A program made the translations under genes and the position numbers. A DNA stretch of 63,674 bases, the filler included, from Globobulimina sp. (taxonomy: Eukaryota): the NCBI GenBank assembly GCA_003354225.1. It is 56 parts of 56 records of this genome, joined end to end, with 100 filler letters (N's around TTAATTAATTAA, not from the genome) between each part and the next. Parts side by side here need not be neighbours in the genome. Positions count along the whole stretch, not along the records: positions 22,790 to 23,828 come from PIVH01025116.1; positions 23,929 to 24,967 come from PIVH01025117.1; positions 25,068 to 26,106 come from PIVH01025118.1; positions 26,207 to 27,245 come from PIVH01025119.1; positions 27,346 to 28,384 come from PIVH01025120.1; positions 28,485 to 29,523 come from PIVH01025121.1; positions 29,624 to 30,662 come from PIVH01025122.1; positions 30,763 to 31,801 come from PIVH01025123.1; 48 more parts are not named here. One strand, given 5' to 3'. Every line of letters starts with the position of its first letter. Positions within the stretch are counted from its first letter, which is position 1. The notes under the pieces were generated by a model. That model did no database searches and had not been told where the DNA came from. It saw nothing but the letters and a program-made list of their open reading frames with translations. Below are positions 23,620 through 34,179 of this stretch, in pieces.

Positions 23620-23928
23620 TTAGAACCGTTCGCATCGATGTTATAATCGGATTAATGGAGCATGGCATTGTCTTACTTTTATTTTATATTTCATGTTGAG
23701 TTATTTTTACATGTCGCTATGTGAATTTGCAGTATGTTTAGTTATTATTTCAATTTTGGTTTCGGAGTTATTTTTATTTTTATTTTTATTGAAATAATCT
23801 ATTTAATTAATTTGTTATATACTTACATNNNNNNNNNNNNNNNNNNNNNNNNNNNNNNNNNNNNNNNNNNNNTTAATTAATTAANNNNNNNNNNNNNNNN
23901 NNNNNNNNNNNNNNNNNNNNNNNNNNNN

Positions 23929-24510
23929 CATTTTGGATTAAAAAATTTTGACCCCGCAAGAGATAAACGAATATCGGGAAGTACAGAATTACCGCATGCT
24001 CCACGTAAGAAATTCGCATGTTTGGTGTTGGGGAATGAGAAACATATTATGGAGGCCAAAGATTTGGGTTTAGATTTTCGTTCATTAGACGACTTAAAAA
24101 AAGTGAACAGAGATAAGAAAATTGTGAAAAAAATGGGCAAATCCTATGATAAAATATTAGCGTCATCGAGTATTATAAGACAAATACCGCGGTTATTAGG
24201 ACCCCAATTAAATAGAATGGGCAAATTCCCATTAGCTGTCCGTCCAAATGAGACCATTTCTGATAAAGTGCGAGCTTTTGCTAAAAATGTGAAATTTGCA
24301 CTTAAATTCAAAGCGGGTGCACCAATGTGTCTCTCCGGACCCATTGGCCATGCTGAAATGGAGCCGAAATTGATTGAGGAAAATATTATTGCTGCGGTCA
24401 ATTTTGTATTAACATTAATGAAAAGAGGATGGCAAAATGTCAAGAAAATACATATTAAATCCACGATGGGTCCTACTTTTACAGTTTATGGATTTGTGTT
24501 ACGTAAATAA
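23929..24510 (+). CDS. RPL10A: 60S ribosomal protein L10a (uL1), 5' partial
   Basis: GLKNFDPARDKRISG, LKKVNRDKKIVKK, IRQIPRLLGPQLNRMGKFP, WQNVKKIHIKSTMG. Confidence 0.95.
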   Translation, partial: HFGLKNFDPARDKRISGSTELPHAPRKKFACLVLGNEKHIMEAKDLGLDFRSLDDLKKVNRDKKIVKKMGKSYDKILASSSIIRQIPRLLGPQLNRMGKFPLAVRPNETISDKVRAFAKNVKFALKFKAGAPMCLSGPIGHAEMEPKLIEENIIAAVNFVLTLMKRGWQNVKKIHIKSTMGPTFTVYGFVLRK

Positions 24511-25067
24511 ATAAAACAGAACAGACATTGATTGTATTTAGAAATTGATTTAAAATCGATCGCATTTATAATGTGCACGAAGTCATTCTCATAGTACGAA
24601 TTTTATGGAATTTTAATTTTACACTCTTGCATTAGTCATCAAATAGTACAGTTTAAATAAATGTTTTTTTCTGGAAACGGTTTAAATATTTTTGGATCCA
24701 CCGTTTCTGGACAAAATCATTTATTTTAAGGTGTTTTGTATTCAACTTGAAATACTATTCACCCCACCCCGTGTATACCGAAAATTCAATTATAAATTTG
24801 TTCTGTCTTTGTAAGAAATTTGCTTTTTCTTCTTTTTCTTGAACCTCATTTTCTTCGTTTTGTTTTAACGATATATTCCAAAAGATAACCCCCCCCGTTT
24901 GGATAACCCCCCCCCCCCCCTTTTTTTACCCAAAATTCAATTATAAATTTTTTCTCTTTTTTTTTTCNNNNNNNNNNNNNNNNNNNNNNNNNNNNNNNNN
25001 NNNNNNNNNNNTTAATTAATTAANNNNNNNNNNNNNNNNNNNNNNNNNNNNNNNNNNNNNNNNNNNN

Positions 25068-25928
25068 ATGCAGCCACTCAATAAAACACATAAAATTGTA
25101 CATGAACCGTTATCCATAAAATTGTACAATGTATCAAGAAATGAGGCACAATCCATACAACCAAAAATAAATAATAACAATTCAAAAACAAAACAAAAAC
25201 GAAAACGAAAACCAAAGGCAAACACAAAAACACCAACAAAAACCAAATCGAAACCAGAAACAGATAAATGTGCCCGTGGTTTATGTGGAAAAAAAGTAAG
25301 CGACATACGAAATGATGTTAAATCTCATATGTGGCATTATTTAAATTTGGAGCAGAAAGGAAAAAAAATAGAAACTATGAATCATTGCAGGACATATATA
25401 TATAGACAAGAAATTTATAAATTCAGTAAAGCAGAAACAAAATGTCACCGTGACAGATTAGACGGGACAGCTAAATATGGAGTAAAAGTGGCAGTGAATA
25501 ATAAGGCGGACAGATGGTTCCCTGGCTATAAATGTGTGGATAAATGTGATGATAATGCGTTTCCTCTGAAATATAAAATATGTGCACTGGGTTTATGTGG
25601 AAAAAAAGTAAGCGATGTTCGAAATGATGTTAAATCTCATATATTTCATTATTTAAATTTGAATAAGAAAGGGAAAAAAATGAAAAATATGAATCATACA
25701 GGACATACAGACAAGAAATATATGATAATGACGGGAAACTTACTGGATATAAATGCATTTTCTCTGAAACATCATTTTGTGCTTCTGAGACATTTGAAAC
25801 TGTTGAAATATAGCATGATAATAATGATATATTTATTTTATTGTTTTTTGTTCTTTGTTTTTGTTTATATACTTTTATATATATATATTCCACTTTCTTT
25901 TTACTGTTTATCTCCAATGTACATATAG
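25068..25928 (+). CDS. Hypothetical basic protein with a duplicated Cys/His module
   Basis: CARGLCGKKVSDIRNDVKSHMWHYLNL and CALGLCGKKVSDVRNDVKSHIFHYLNL. Confidence 0.5.
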   Translation: MQPLNKTHKIVHEPLSIKLYNVSRNEAQSIQPKINNNNSKTKQKRKRKPKANTKTPTKTKSKPETDKCARGLCGKKVSDIRNDVKSHMWHYLNLEQKGKKIETMNHCRTYIYRQEIYKFSKAETKCHRDRLDGTAKYGVKVAVNNKADRWFPGYKCVDKCDDNAFPLKYKICALGLCGKKVSDVRNDVKSHIFHYLNLNKKGKKMKNMNHTGHTDKKYMIMTGNLLDINAFSLKHHFVLLRHLKLLKYSMIIMIYLFYCFLFFVFVYILLYIYIPLSFYCLSPMYI

Positions 25929-26390
25929 ATTGGTCTACTAATTACAATCTGCATTGGGTTTCATTCCTTTTTCACTTTTTGATTTTTTTCTCTATATATT
26001 TGATGCATCTTATTCTTTCTTTCTAGTAGTTCCAATAAATTAAATTATTTTATTTCTCTTCCAACAAAGTTTTTTCTGATTTGCATTTTTCACTATGGAA
26101 CAGCCANNNNNNNNNNNNNNNNNNNNNNNNNNNNNNNNNNNNNNNNNNNNTTAATTAATTAANNNNNNNNNNNNNNNNNNNNNNNNNNNNNNNNNNNNNN
26201 NNNNNNCAAATAGATAAATCTAAAACTTTTTGTATATCGTAAAACGATAAAGGTTTATTTATATGGACAGTGTAGTAATGTTCCTGAATCACGAATTCCT
26301 TTTCATTTACAACCAAAACAAACCATATGTGATCCAACTGGAAAAAATGGCGTATTCTCACCCTATATCTCTTTCTCATATTCCTATGCC

Positions 26391-26981
26391 TTGCCTTTAT
26401 CGCATATTCAGCAATTACCAAATTTACCAAAATTACAAGTACCAACTTTACCGTTTCTAAAATTACGTATACCAACATTTGAAAAACAGGCGAATGAAAA
26501 ACAAGCAAAAAGGTTAGAAACAAAAAAGAAATCACAGAAAACAGTAAATAAACCATTCAAATGCGAGAAATGTAAGAAAGGTTTTCGAAATAAATCAGGA
26601 TTATCCAATCATAAAATAATACATAATGGAGTGAAACCACATAAATGTCGATTTGGATCATGTACAAAAGCATTTGGGCGCTCATGTGACTTAACACGAC
26701 ATATCCGATTACATACTGGATATAAACCATTTCGGTGCACATTCAAATCGTGTAATAAAGCATTTACACGATCGGTGCAATTAAGACTTCATAAGATGGA
26801 TCATTCAGGAATACGACCACATCATTGTTCTATTTGTAAGAAAGGGTTCAAGACGTTACAAAATGTGCAGATTCATATGCGAATCCATACGGGCGAAAAA
26901 CCGTATAAATGTAAGTTATGTCAGAAGAGATTCACACAGTCTTCTTCTTTACGTACACATTTAGCGACCATTCATTCATAA
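26391..26981 (+). CDS. C2H2 zinc-finger transcription factor (5 fingers)
   Basis: Repeated CxxC...HxxxH with HTGYKPF, HSGIRPH and HTGEKPY linkers. Confidence 0.93.
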   Translation: MPLSHIQQLPNLPKLQVPTLPFLKLRIPTFEKQANEKQAKRLETKKKSQKTVNKPFKCEKCKKGFRNKSGLSNHKIIHNGVKPHKCRFGSCTKAFGRSCDLTRHIRLHTGYKPFRCTFKSCNKAFTRSVQLRLHKMDHSGIRPHHCSICKKGFKTLQNVQIHMRIHTGEKPYKCKLCQKRFTQSSSLRTHLATIHS

Positions 26982-27345
26982 ATAATATGCCGATTGCTAA
27001 ATATTGGGAAAAAAATCTATAATATATTATATATTATATTTTTGTAAATAAACTATAACATTTTGTATTTTATTCATTCTGTATATTATTCTGTTATATT
27101 TTTTGCAATAGTTATCAAATTATTTTTAGTTTTATGTATTTGTTAATAATTAAATAATATCATTTGTTCTGTGACTTGGACGAACAATTACTAATAACTA
27201 GTCATACCAAACGTATTTTTTTTTCTTCTTCTTCTTCTTCAAAACNNNNNNNNNNNNNNNNNNNNNNNNNNNNNNNNNNNNNNNNNNNNTTAATTAATTA
27301 ANNNNNNNNNNNNNNNNNNNNNNNNNNNNNNNNNNNNNNNNNNNN

Positions 27346-28025
27346 ATAAAAGCATGCCTTAAATATTTATGTTTTGCTTCTCCATCTTTTCTGTTCGTGG
27401 TCTCGTTCAATACGTCAATAACGCCATTATTTTTAACTTTAGTCTTAAGAACATCGTGATGTGGATTTGAAATGAATAGGTCAAGAAATACGGTGACAAT
27501 GTATCTCATGAAATTGCCTCCAATCAAACTGGAGAAAGTAAAGGCAAATCCGGCCGCAGTCATAAAGTGTTTGAACCCGGCGTCGGTTCCAATGGCTTGG
27601 TCTAACATGAAACCAATGACCGGACCTAGAATGAAGCCATAATTTGTAATAACTAATGACTCTCTGACATGTATATAGAACATAAGTGCGCCGATACCAT
27701 TTAATAAAAAAGCAATGAGGACAGAGACAAAAAGTCCTCTCGAAGCTTCACGTCGTAATATTTCAGAATCTAAAGAGTTTGGATCAGTGCTCCAATTATC
27801 AGAGTTTGCTAACAGATAAATAATATATGCAAGCGCGATAACAGCGGCACCAATGGGAATAATACGCGAGATGGTCACTAAAATAAGTAATTGATAATTC
27901 GCTTCCTCTGCGGCGTCATCAGTCCGCTCATTGTTTTTGCAGTCATCCTCATCATCATCCTCATCTATGAGAGTTGATTGGGCGGGCACCATTTCCCGTT
28001 TTGCAGGTTGAGGGAAGGACGACAT
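27346..28025 (-). CDS. Uncharacterised multi-pass membrane protein, N-terminal part
   Basis: Acidic N-tail, then TM segments including GFILGPVIGFMLDQAIGTD and FMRYIVTVFLDLFISNP. Confidence 0.65.
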
Positions 28026-28707
28026 TTCGATAGGTTTTGGTTTTGGTGTTGTTGAGATGGTTGCTTGTCAGTTACTGTTGTGTTCAGGGTGACATGTTCG
28101 GTCTTCTGAGGTAGCGCAAGTTTGACACTGGAAAATCATTTGTAACATCATGCGCTTGTTTTTCATCAATAAAAATTAAGTGGATGCGATTGAGAATACA
28201 AACAAATACAACAAAAAACAAACAGATATTAAACAAAAACATACAAAAAAAAGCAAACAAAAAAGTATAATAAATAGCATATAATTATGTTTTATGATTT
28301 CACACAGATTCAAATGTTAAGATATCATTATAATCTCCGGCATAATCAGTAGCACTCTTCAATGAGGATGTAAATGATGATTTANNNNNNNNNNNNNNNN
28401 NNNNNNNNNNNNNNNNNNNNNNNNNNNNTTAATTAATTAANNNNNNNNNNNNNNNNNNNNNNNNNNNNNNNNNNNNNNNNNNNNCAACCAACATAGAAAG
28501 CACAACCTTCACTCACCAATCGTGAAACTCTACAGGATCTGTTCAATACGTTCCCATCAATTTAAGGCAACACACCTCTTTCCCATGAATTTATCAATGG
28601 TTTAAAACAGCATAATAGGCAACACAGACAATTTACAACACTGTATATTAGTCGGGTATAATTCCGAATTTGTGTGTTATCATAAGCAAAACAAAAACAC
28701 CAAAACA

Positions 28708-28848
28708 AGTATTCACCTAATTTATTGTGGCGATGCATCAACTCCAAAAGTTGAAATCCGATCACCACAATGAAAATCTGCAATACAGACGCAACTATTC
28801 ACTCAATTTCATTGTGGTGTATCAACTGCAAAAGTTGTGTCTGCAGTG
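28708..28848. repeat. CACTG-terminated mini-element, tandem copies
   Basis: Shares its core with 9569-9637; 3' end AGTTGTGTCTGCAGTG is the reverse complement of CACTGCAGACACAACT. Confidence 0.75.
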
Positions 28849-29112
28849 AAAAGTAATTAAACATTTACTTGTTTTGGTGTTGTTCATACCAGAAACGTTG
28901 AATGGCTCCCTTTTCCTGCGGTGTATCTAAAGGAGCATTGCCATGAACAGGATTTGGTGGACAGACAATAGCACATTGTTTAATCAATGATCTGTTATAG
29001 CACATTCTCAATACCTGCCAAGGGTTCTTCCATCATTTTACTTGAGTATTTTTTAAATGGTAACCAAGTGAGTTTTTTAAAAACTTCGAAAACTGAAAAC
29101 TCCACATTTGAG

Positions 29113-29523
29113 CATGACGTCGTTCCTCATTCCCAAGCAATTGAAGCTAGCATCATTGCTTTTATTCATATTCATTGTTCTACTTTCAATATACTTGGTA
29201 TTTTATGAACACTTCGACATAGAAATAATACGTGGCAACAACTTAGAAATCATCATAACTGACATGAAGCTGCAAAACTACGAACCTGCAACAATACAAT
29301 CTCATGATCAACTTCCCAAAGTCAAAAATGCCACAACTACAACCAATCCCAGCAAACCACCAAAGATCCTCATCCCATCATCATGGCAACAACTAAACAC
29401 CCAACAATTTTGCAGCATACATAACTCCTCAAACCAACAATATCTGCTACAACGTATACACCAGCAACAATTCACTGGCGACTGTAACGACCCACTCACA
29501 AAATTCATCTTGTTGCAACATTG
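29113..29523 (+). CDS. Type II membrane glycosyltransferase, possibly alpha-1,6-fucosyltransferase (GT23)-like, N-terminal part
   Basis: N-terminal TM, stem, then LQRIHQQQFTGDC...KFIL (cf. FUT8 QRRI..LQNP.DC). Confidence 0.5.
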
Positions 29524-29625
29524 NNNNNNNNNNNNNNNNNNNNNNNNNNNNNNNNNNNNNNNNNNNNTTAATTAATTAANNNNNNNNNNNNNNNNNNNNN
29601 NNNNNNNNNNNNNNNNNNNNNNNCG

Positions 29626-29943
29626 CTCGATAGAGTAGCTCAATATATCAGGTCTAGGCCATCGGATTGGATAATATTAATAGGCGGCAATCGCCCAGTG
29701 GATAACCATGCAAGGGTTGCAGCCGAGGAATCGGGACATGCTATAGAAGCATATAATCCAGATTGGAATAATCCCAATAAACAAATGGCTGTATTTGAGC
29801 GCAACGAAAAGATGATTCAAAATTGCAATAAATTAGTTATATTTTCAGATGGCAAATGGGGCCTAGCAAGCTGGTCTCATAATTACGCCGCTAGTCTGGA
29901 TAAAATTATAAAAACATTTGGTATGGGTCAATTAAAACAATAA
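29626..29943 (+). CDS. SLOG/YspA-like (DUF2493-type) protein, prokaryotic or phage
   Basis: IILIGGNRPVDNHA..AA...G......PDW......AVFERNEKMI...KLVIFSDG (cf. GGA.GAD...PADW...A...RN..M....F.DG). Confidence 0.65.
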   Translation, partial: LDRVAQYIRSRPSDWIILIGGNRPVDNHARVAAEESGHAIEAYNPDWNNPNKQMAVFERNEKMIQNCNKLVIFSDGKWGLASWSHNYAASLDKIIKTFGMGQLKQ

Positions 29944-30011
29944 AACATTAGCACGTTTATAACTGAAAGGTAGAACAGTCCACTTCGTTACGGTTGCGCC
30001 ATTATCTTCTA

Positions 30012-30059
30012 GCCCCCTCTCAGCCACTTACAATTGACCCTTGAGAGGGGGCACTTTTT
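30012..30059 (+). terminator. Intrinsic terminator-like hairpin
   Basis: 11-bp perfect stem GCCCCCTCTCA/TGAGAGGGGGC followed by ACTTTTT. Confidence 0.55.
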
Positions 30060-30072
30060 CAGGGAGTGAATC

Positions 30073-30255
30073 ATGGAAAAATATGTAGTAGTAGATGACA
30101 ATGAAAATGTTTACGAGATTTGTAATTCAGAAAAAGAAGCATTAAAAACAATACAAAACTGGCTTGACGACAATTCAGCTATGGACTTAGAGGAAATTGG
30201 AATTTTTAAATTGATTTATAATGTTTCGGCGAAGAATGTGTTGGAGGATGTTTAG
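30073..30255 (+). CDS. Small acidic phage-like protein
   Basis: Shine-Dalgarno AGGGAG 6 nt upstream; 60 aa starting MEKYVVVDD. Confidence 0.7.
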   Translation: MEKYVVVDDNENVYEICNSEKEALKTIQNWLDDNSAMDLEEIGIFKLIYNVSAKNVLEDV

Positions 30256-30361
30256 GGAAAAATATCAGTGACAGTTAATGAAATAAAAGAAATACTAAGC
30301 CATATGTTTTGTGGTTTCTTTTGGTGTGGTTTTTTTTAATTATTTTATGGAGTGTTTGCAA

Positions 30362-30544
30362 ATGAGTAAAGAAGAGGTATATAAAAAATTAGATAAAATA
30401 ATTAGCGATGATAAAATAGCTACCGGTGGAATGAAACTGGAGGGTGCGGAAATGGATTCATTTAATAAGAAATATTTATTAAAATCCTGCTGGGTGCTTA
30501 TGGAGAAGCTAGAAAGAATTCACGGAATCACTGGATTGAGCTAA
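30362..30544 (+). CDS. Small phage-like hypothetical protein
   Basis: GGAG upstream of the ATG; starts MSKEEVYKKLDK. Confidence 0.6.
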   Translation: MSKEEVYKKLDKIISDDKIATGGMKLEGAEMDSFNKKYLLKSCWVLMEKLERIHGITGLS

Positions 30545-30618
30545 TGAATAACAAATATATAATAACATATAGAGATAAATCCGGCGGTCAGCAGTTTACA
30601 TTTTTTAGGGAGTGAATC

Positions 30619-30662
30619 ATGGAAAAATATGTAGTAATAGATGATGAAAATACAGAAATAGA
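30619..30662 (+). CDS. Start of a paralog of the 30073 ORF
   Basis: Same AGGGAGTGAATCATGGAAAAATATGTAGTA leader; MEKYVVIDDEN. Confidence 0.65.
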
Positions 30663-30763
30663 NNNNNNNNNNNNNNNNNNNNNNNNNNNNNNNNNNNNNN
30701 NNNNNNTTAATTAATTAANNNNNNNNNNNNNNNNNNNNNNNNNNNNNNNNNNNNNNNNNNNNA

Positions 30764-31324
30764 TTTTATGATAAACGTATTTTGTGCATTGGTATTATTC
30801 AAAGTGCATTCGAATCGTCGTTGTATATGTTTGTGTTTATGTGGACAAAATATTTGGATGCGGTTTATGTCGATGATAAAACAAATACGTTTGACAATGG
30901 CATAGTATTTGCAGTGTTGATGATGGCGTGCTACATTGGGACATGTATTGTGACCGTAATGCGAATAAAATTAGATAATAATAATTGGATTCAATGCAGT
31001 GAATTGACTGTGATATGTATGATTTGCGGAGTATCGTTTCTTTTAATTGGATTTGTAAATAGTTTCAATTGTCGATTGTTAATTTTTGTAATTTACGAAA
31101 TTTGTGTTGGATTTTATCGACCAACATTGAGCAGTTTAAGGAGTAAATGTGTTCCTCATCAATATATGGCAACAATTATTAATATTTTCCGTGTTCCATT
31201 GAATATCATTGTGGTTGTCGTGTTAATCAACATCCATCGTATCGGAGATTACGTGTTTATTATAGCGTGCATGTTAAATGTTATATGTTGTGTCGTTACA
31301 CACAAAATGGCACAAATCTTATGA
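30764..31324 (+). CDS. MFSD5/MOT2-type molybdate-anion transporter, C-terminal half
   Basis: IQSAFESSLYMFVFMWT, YEICVGFYRPTLSSLRSKCVP, INIFRVPLN. Confidence 0.88.
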   Translation, partial: FYDKRILCIGIIQSAFESSLYMFVFMWTKYLDAVYVDDKTNTFDNGIVFAVLMMACYIGTCIVTVMRIKLDNNNWIQCSELTVICMICGVSFLLIGFVNSFNCRLLIFVIYEICVGFYRPTLSSLRSKCVPHQYMATIINIFRVPLNIIVVVVLINIHRIGDYVFIIACMLNVICCVVTHKMAQIL

Positions 31325-31392
31325 TCTCAATCTATTTTATTTTATGGGTGCTTTCTATTTTAAAACAAAACGTTCATTTCTTGATCCTATTA

Positions 31393-31800
31393 TATGATGT
31401 GTTTCATTCTTGCACCGGCAAGAAACATCATGACAAGGAAGATCGGTACATTGACAATTGCAGAACCAAAGTCGGGCTGAGCTAATGTCAGAAGCATTGG
31501 AAAAGCTATAATAATCAGTGCCTGAATAAATTTTTTCAGTGTATGCATTTTTTTATAATTGTTATCGAGAAATGATCCCAGATATAGAATTACGGCTAAT
31601 TTAGAAAATTCCGCCGGCTGAATACCAATAGGACCAAAGCCAATCCACGACCTGGCGCCATTTACATCTTTCCCGAATAATAAGGTAAAAAGCAGCAGGA
31701 GTATTATAGCCAGATAAATATAAAAAGAAACAAGTTTGAATTTCGCATAATCATAAAGAGAGAAAAAAATAATAATAGCGATACTCGTAACAACCCAGAT
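31393..31800 (-). pseudogene. rodA: Bacterial RodA/FtsW (SEDS) fragment, truncated; absent from the ORF track
   Basis: Manual translation: LFGKDVNGARSWIGFGPIGIQPAEFSKLAVILYL...LTLAQPDFGSAIVNVPIFLVMMFLAGARMKHII, then TAA TAG. Confidence 0.88.
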
Positions 31801-31903
31801 TNNNNNNNNNNNNNNNNNNNNNNNNNNNNNNNNNNNNNNNNNNNNTTAATTAATTAANNNNNNNNNNNNNNNNNNNNNNNNNNNNNNNNNNNNNNNNNNN
31901 NAC

Positions 31904-32056
31904 AATGCCAAAATCAGTGGCGTTGTTGCCTATCACGATTTTGTGCCGGCATTTAGTAAAATACTGGCTGATAACGACGGAGACCTGGTCCAATTTTATG
32001 AAACCTGCCGCCGGCTGGTCAGGAAAAATAAAGATGATCGACAGGATATCTTAAAT
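31904..32056 (+). CDS. Bacterial DUF2265-type aminopeptidase C-terminus, fused in frame to an unrelated ORF running to 32683
   Basis: NAKISGVVAYHDFVPAFSKILADNDGDLVQFYETCRRL...RQDIL resembles NNA.L.....Y...VPAF..L.....GD...FY.....L. Confidence 0.6.
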
Positions 32057-33040
32057 ATTACTCCTATCTGTAAAGGATTTGCCTTCGTCCGAGGCCGTAA
32101 ACGTTCCTCTGATCGTCGATGGTATAAAAAGATCATGTTTGATGGTGCCGTATTGAATAATGAATATATTTCTGTCATCCGACGCGAGAATTTGGTAATG
32201 AGTCGCAATTTGCATAATGTAGCTTCCATTCCAAATGATTCCTTCTTTTCGTCCTCGGAATCTGAAAGTGATTTGAAAATGGAGGATTTTACATTCTCTG
32301 ATGCCGATAACACTGTTTCTGGCAAAGTTGTTAATAATAACAAAGCGGCGGAGAAACATTCTAGAAACAAACCGCGAATACCATCTGACGCAGATAGCAA
32401 CGTTCCTGTTTGTGATCTGAATGCCATTGTTGATGATGCTGTTAATCCGCCGATAATTAATTATATGATGATCTTTGATTATATATTCTCCCATGGTGGC
32501 TGGCAGCGACTTTGTAACCTCCTTAGTTTTGCGTATCGTGAGGTAAATATTCACACGAATCCAAACGATGCGGCTGATAAATATCTTATATTTAAAAATT
32601 GGTGTACTGATGGTATGTTTGAAGAGGATTTGTTTGATTTGATTATTATAATTTATTGTGGGCACCTTTTTTGCGGAACATAAGTGTGGCGCTTTTGTAG
32701 TTGTGAAACAGATTTGAGGCAGTCTAAAAACTTTTCCGCAAAACTGTTTGTATGGTAACATTAAATGCCCGACATTAAATGCCCAATGTCGAGAATGGAG
32801 CCAACATCGGTTCAGCTATTTGGTACAGTTGAACCACCACGTTCCAACACAGTGTTATCCTCACCAACGCAAAAGCAACTGGGTCACCACGTGTGGGTAA
32901 CCAACGGCAAAATGACAAGGAACAGAAACAGTAAAAGAAANNNNNNNNNNNNNNNNNNNNNNNNNNNNNNNNNNNNNNNNNNNNTTAATTAATTAANNNN
33001 NNNNNNNNNNNNNNNNNNNNNNNNNNNNNNNNNNNNNNNN

Positions 33041-34079
33041 TATTATTTTTCACATCCGTTGTGATTGACGATTTTATTAAAGGCGGCGAAGTATTCCAAT
33101 CACTATCTTTATTTGAATGGAATTTCAAATATTACAACCAATTAATTACGACATGGATTTATATGATATCTTACCAGTTCGCCTTGGTTTTGTTGTTTTA
33201 TTTTTACAGACATTCCATGTATTTATTCGCCATAATACCGCGCAGCAAAACCTATTGCAATGATTATGTGTACGTTATCTGTTACGCACTGTACATGATT
33301 CCATTAATGATATATCCGACGCTATGGGCTGCGCAGTTTAATATTGCTGGCTCTTTGATCGTTTCCTGCGAACAGACCAGATTCATATTAAAATCTCACG
33401 CGTTTTTCGTAGAAACGTTTAAAACAAAATTGTATTATGATAAACATCGAAGTGTTGAGGCCAAACACAAGAAGGACGACGACGACGACGATGAAAAGTT
33501 GCATGAAAATGGAGTTCAATATGAAACTAAAAACGTAAGGGAGAGAAATGAAGATATTCCGGCCTGGCTGGTGGACATTGATATGAATTTAGCAGACTTT
33601 GTAATCAATTTTGGCTATTTTCTATTTATCCCGATGTTGGTTTATCGCACAAAGTATCCGCGGACCAAAGAGATTCGATGGAAGAAAGTATTCATGCATT
33701 TACGCGATGTATTGCTCTCTATCTGCAGTGTGTGGGTCACTTTTTGTCGATTTTGCATTCCGACATATCGCAAATCTGTATCAGATCCGGGTACCTTTGC
33801 GACATTATTCAGTGAATTCATCAATGGCTCATTGCCCGGATTGATGTTATTATTATTGGGCTTTTTCGGGTTTCTGCATTCGTGGCTCAATGCATTTGCA
33901 GAGTTGTTGCGTTTTGGGGACAGGCAATTTTATCAGGATTGGTGGAATGCGCGTTCCTTTGCGCAATATTATCGGAAATGGAACTGCGTAGTACATGATT
34001 GGATCTATAATTATTTGTATTTGCCACTGATCGAGGCAGGTTACAGCAAAACCTTTGCGATGGCCATTGTGTTCGACCA
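33041..34079 (+). CDS. Sterol O-acyltransferase (ACAT/SOAT, MBOAT family), internal part
   Basis: EQTRFILKSHAF, FLFIPMLVYRTKYPRT, LHSWLNAFAELLRFGDRQFYQDWWN, YYRKWNCVVHDW. Confidence 0.93.
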
Positions 34080-34179
34080 NNNNNNNNNNNNNNNNNNNNN
34101 NNNNNNNNNNNNNNNNNNNNNNNTTAATTAATTAANNNNNNNNNNNNNNNNNNNNNNNNNNNNNNNNNNNNNNNNNNNN

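Noticed and set aside
32051-32761. Long antisense ORFs (also 3587-3985, 23166-23600, 49354-49707)
   Set aside because: Shadow frames of opposite-strand coding or low-complexity sequence.
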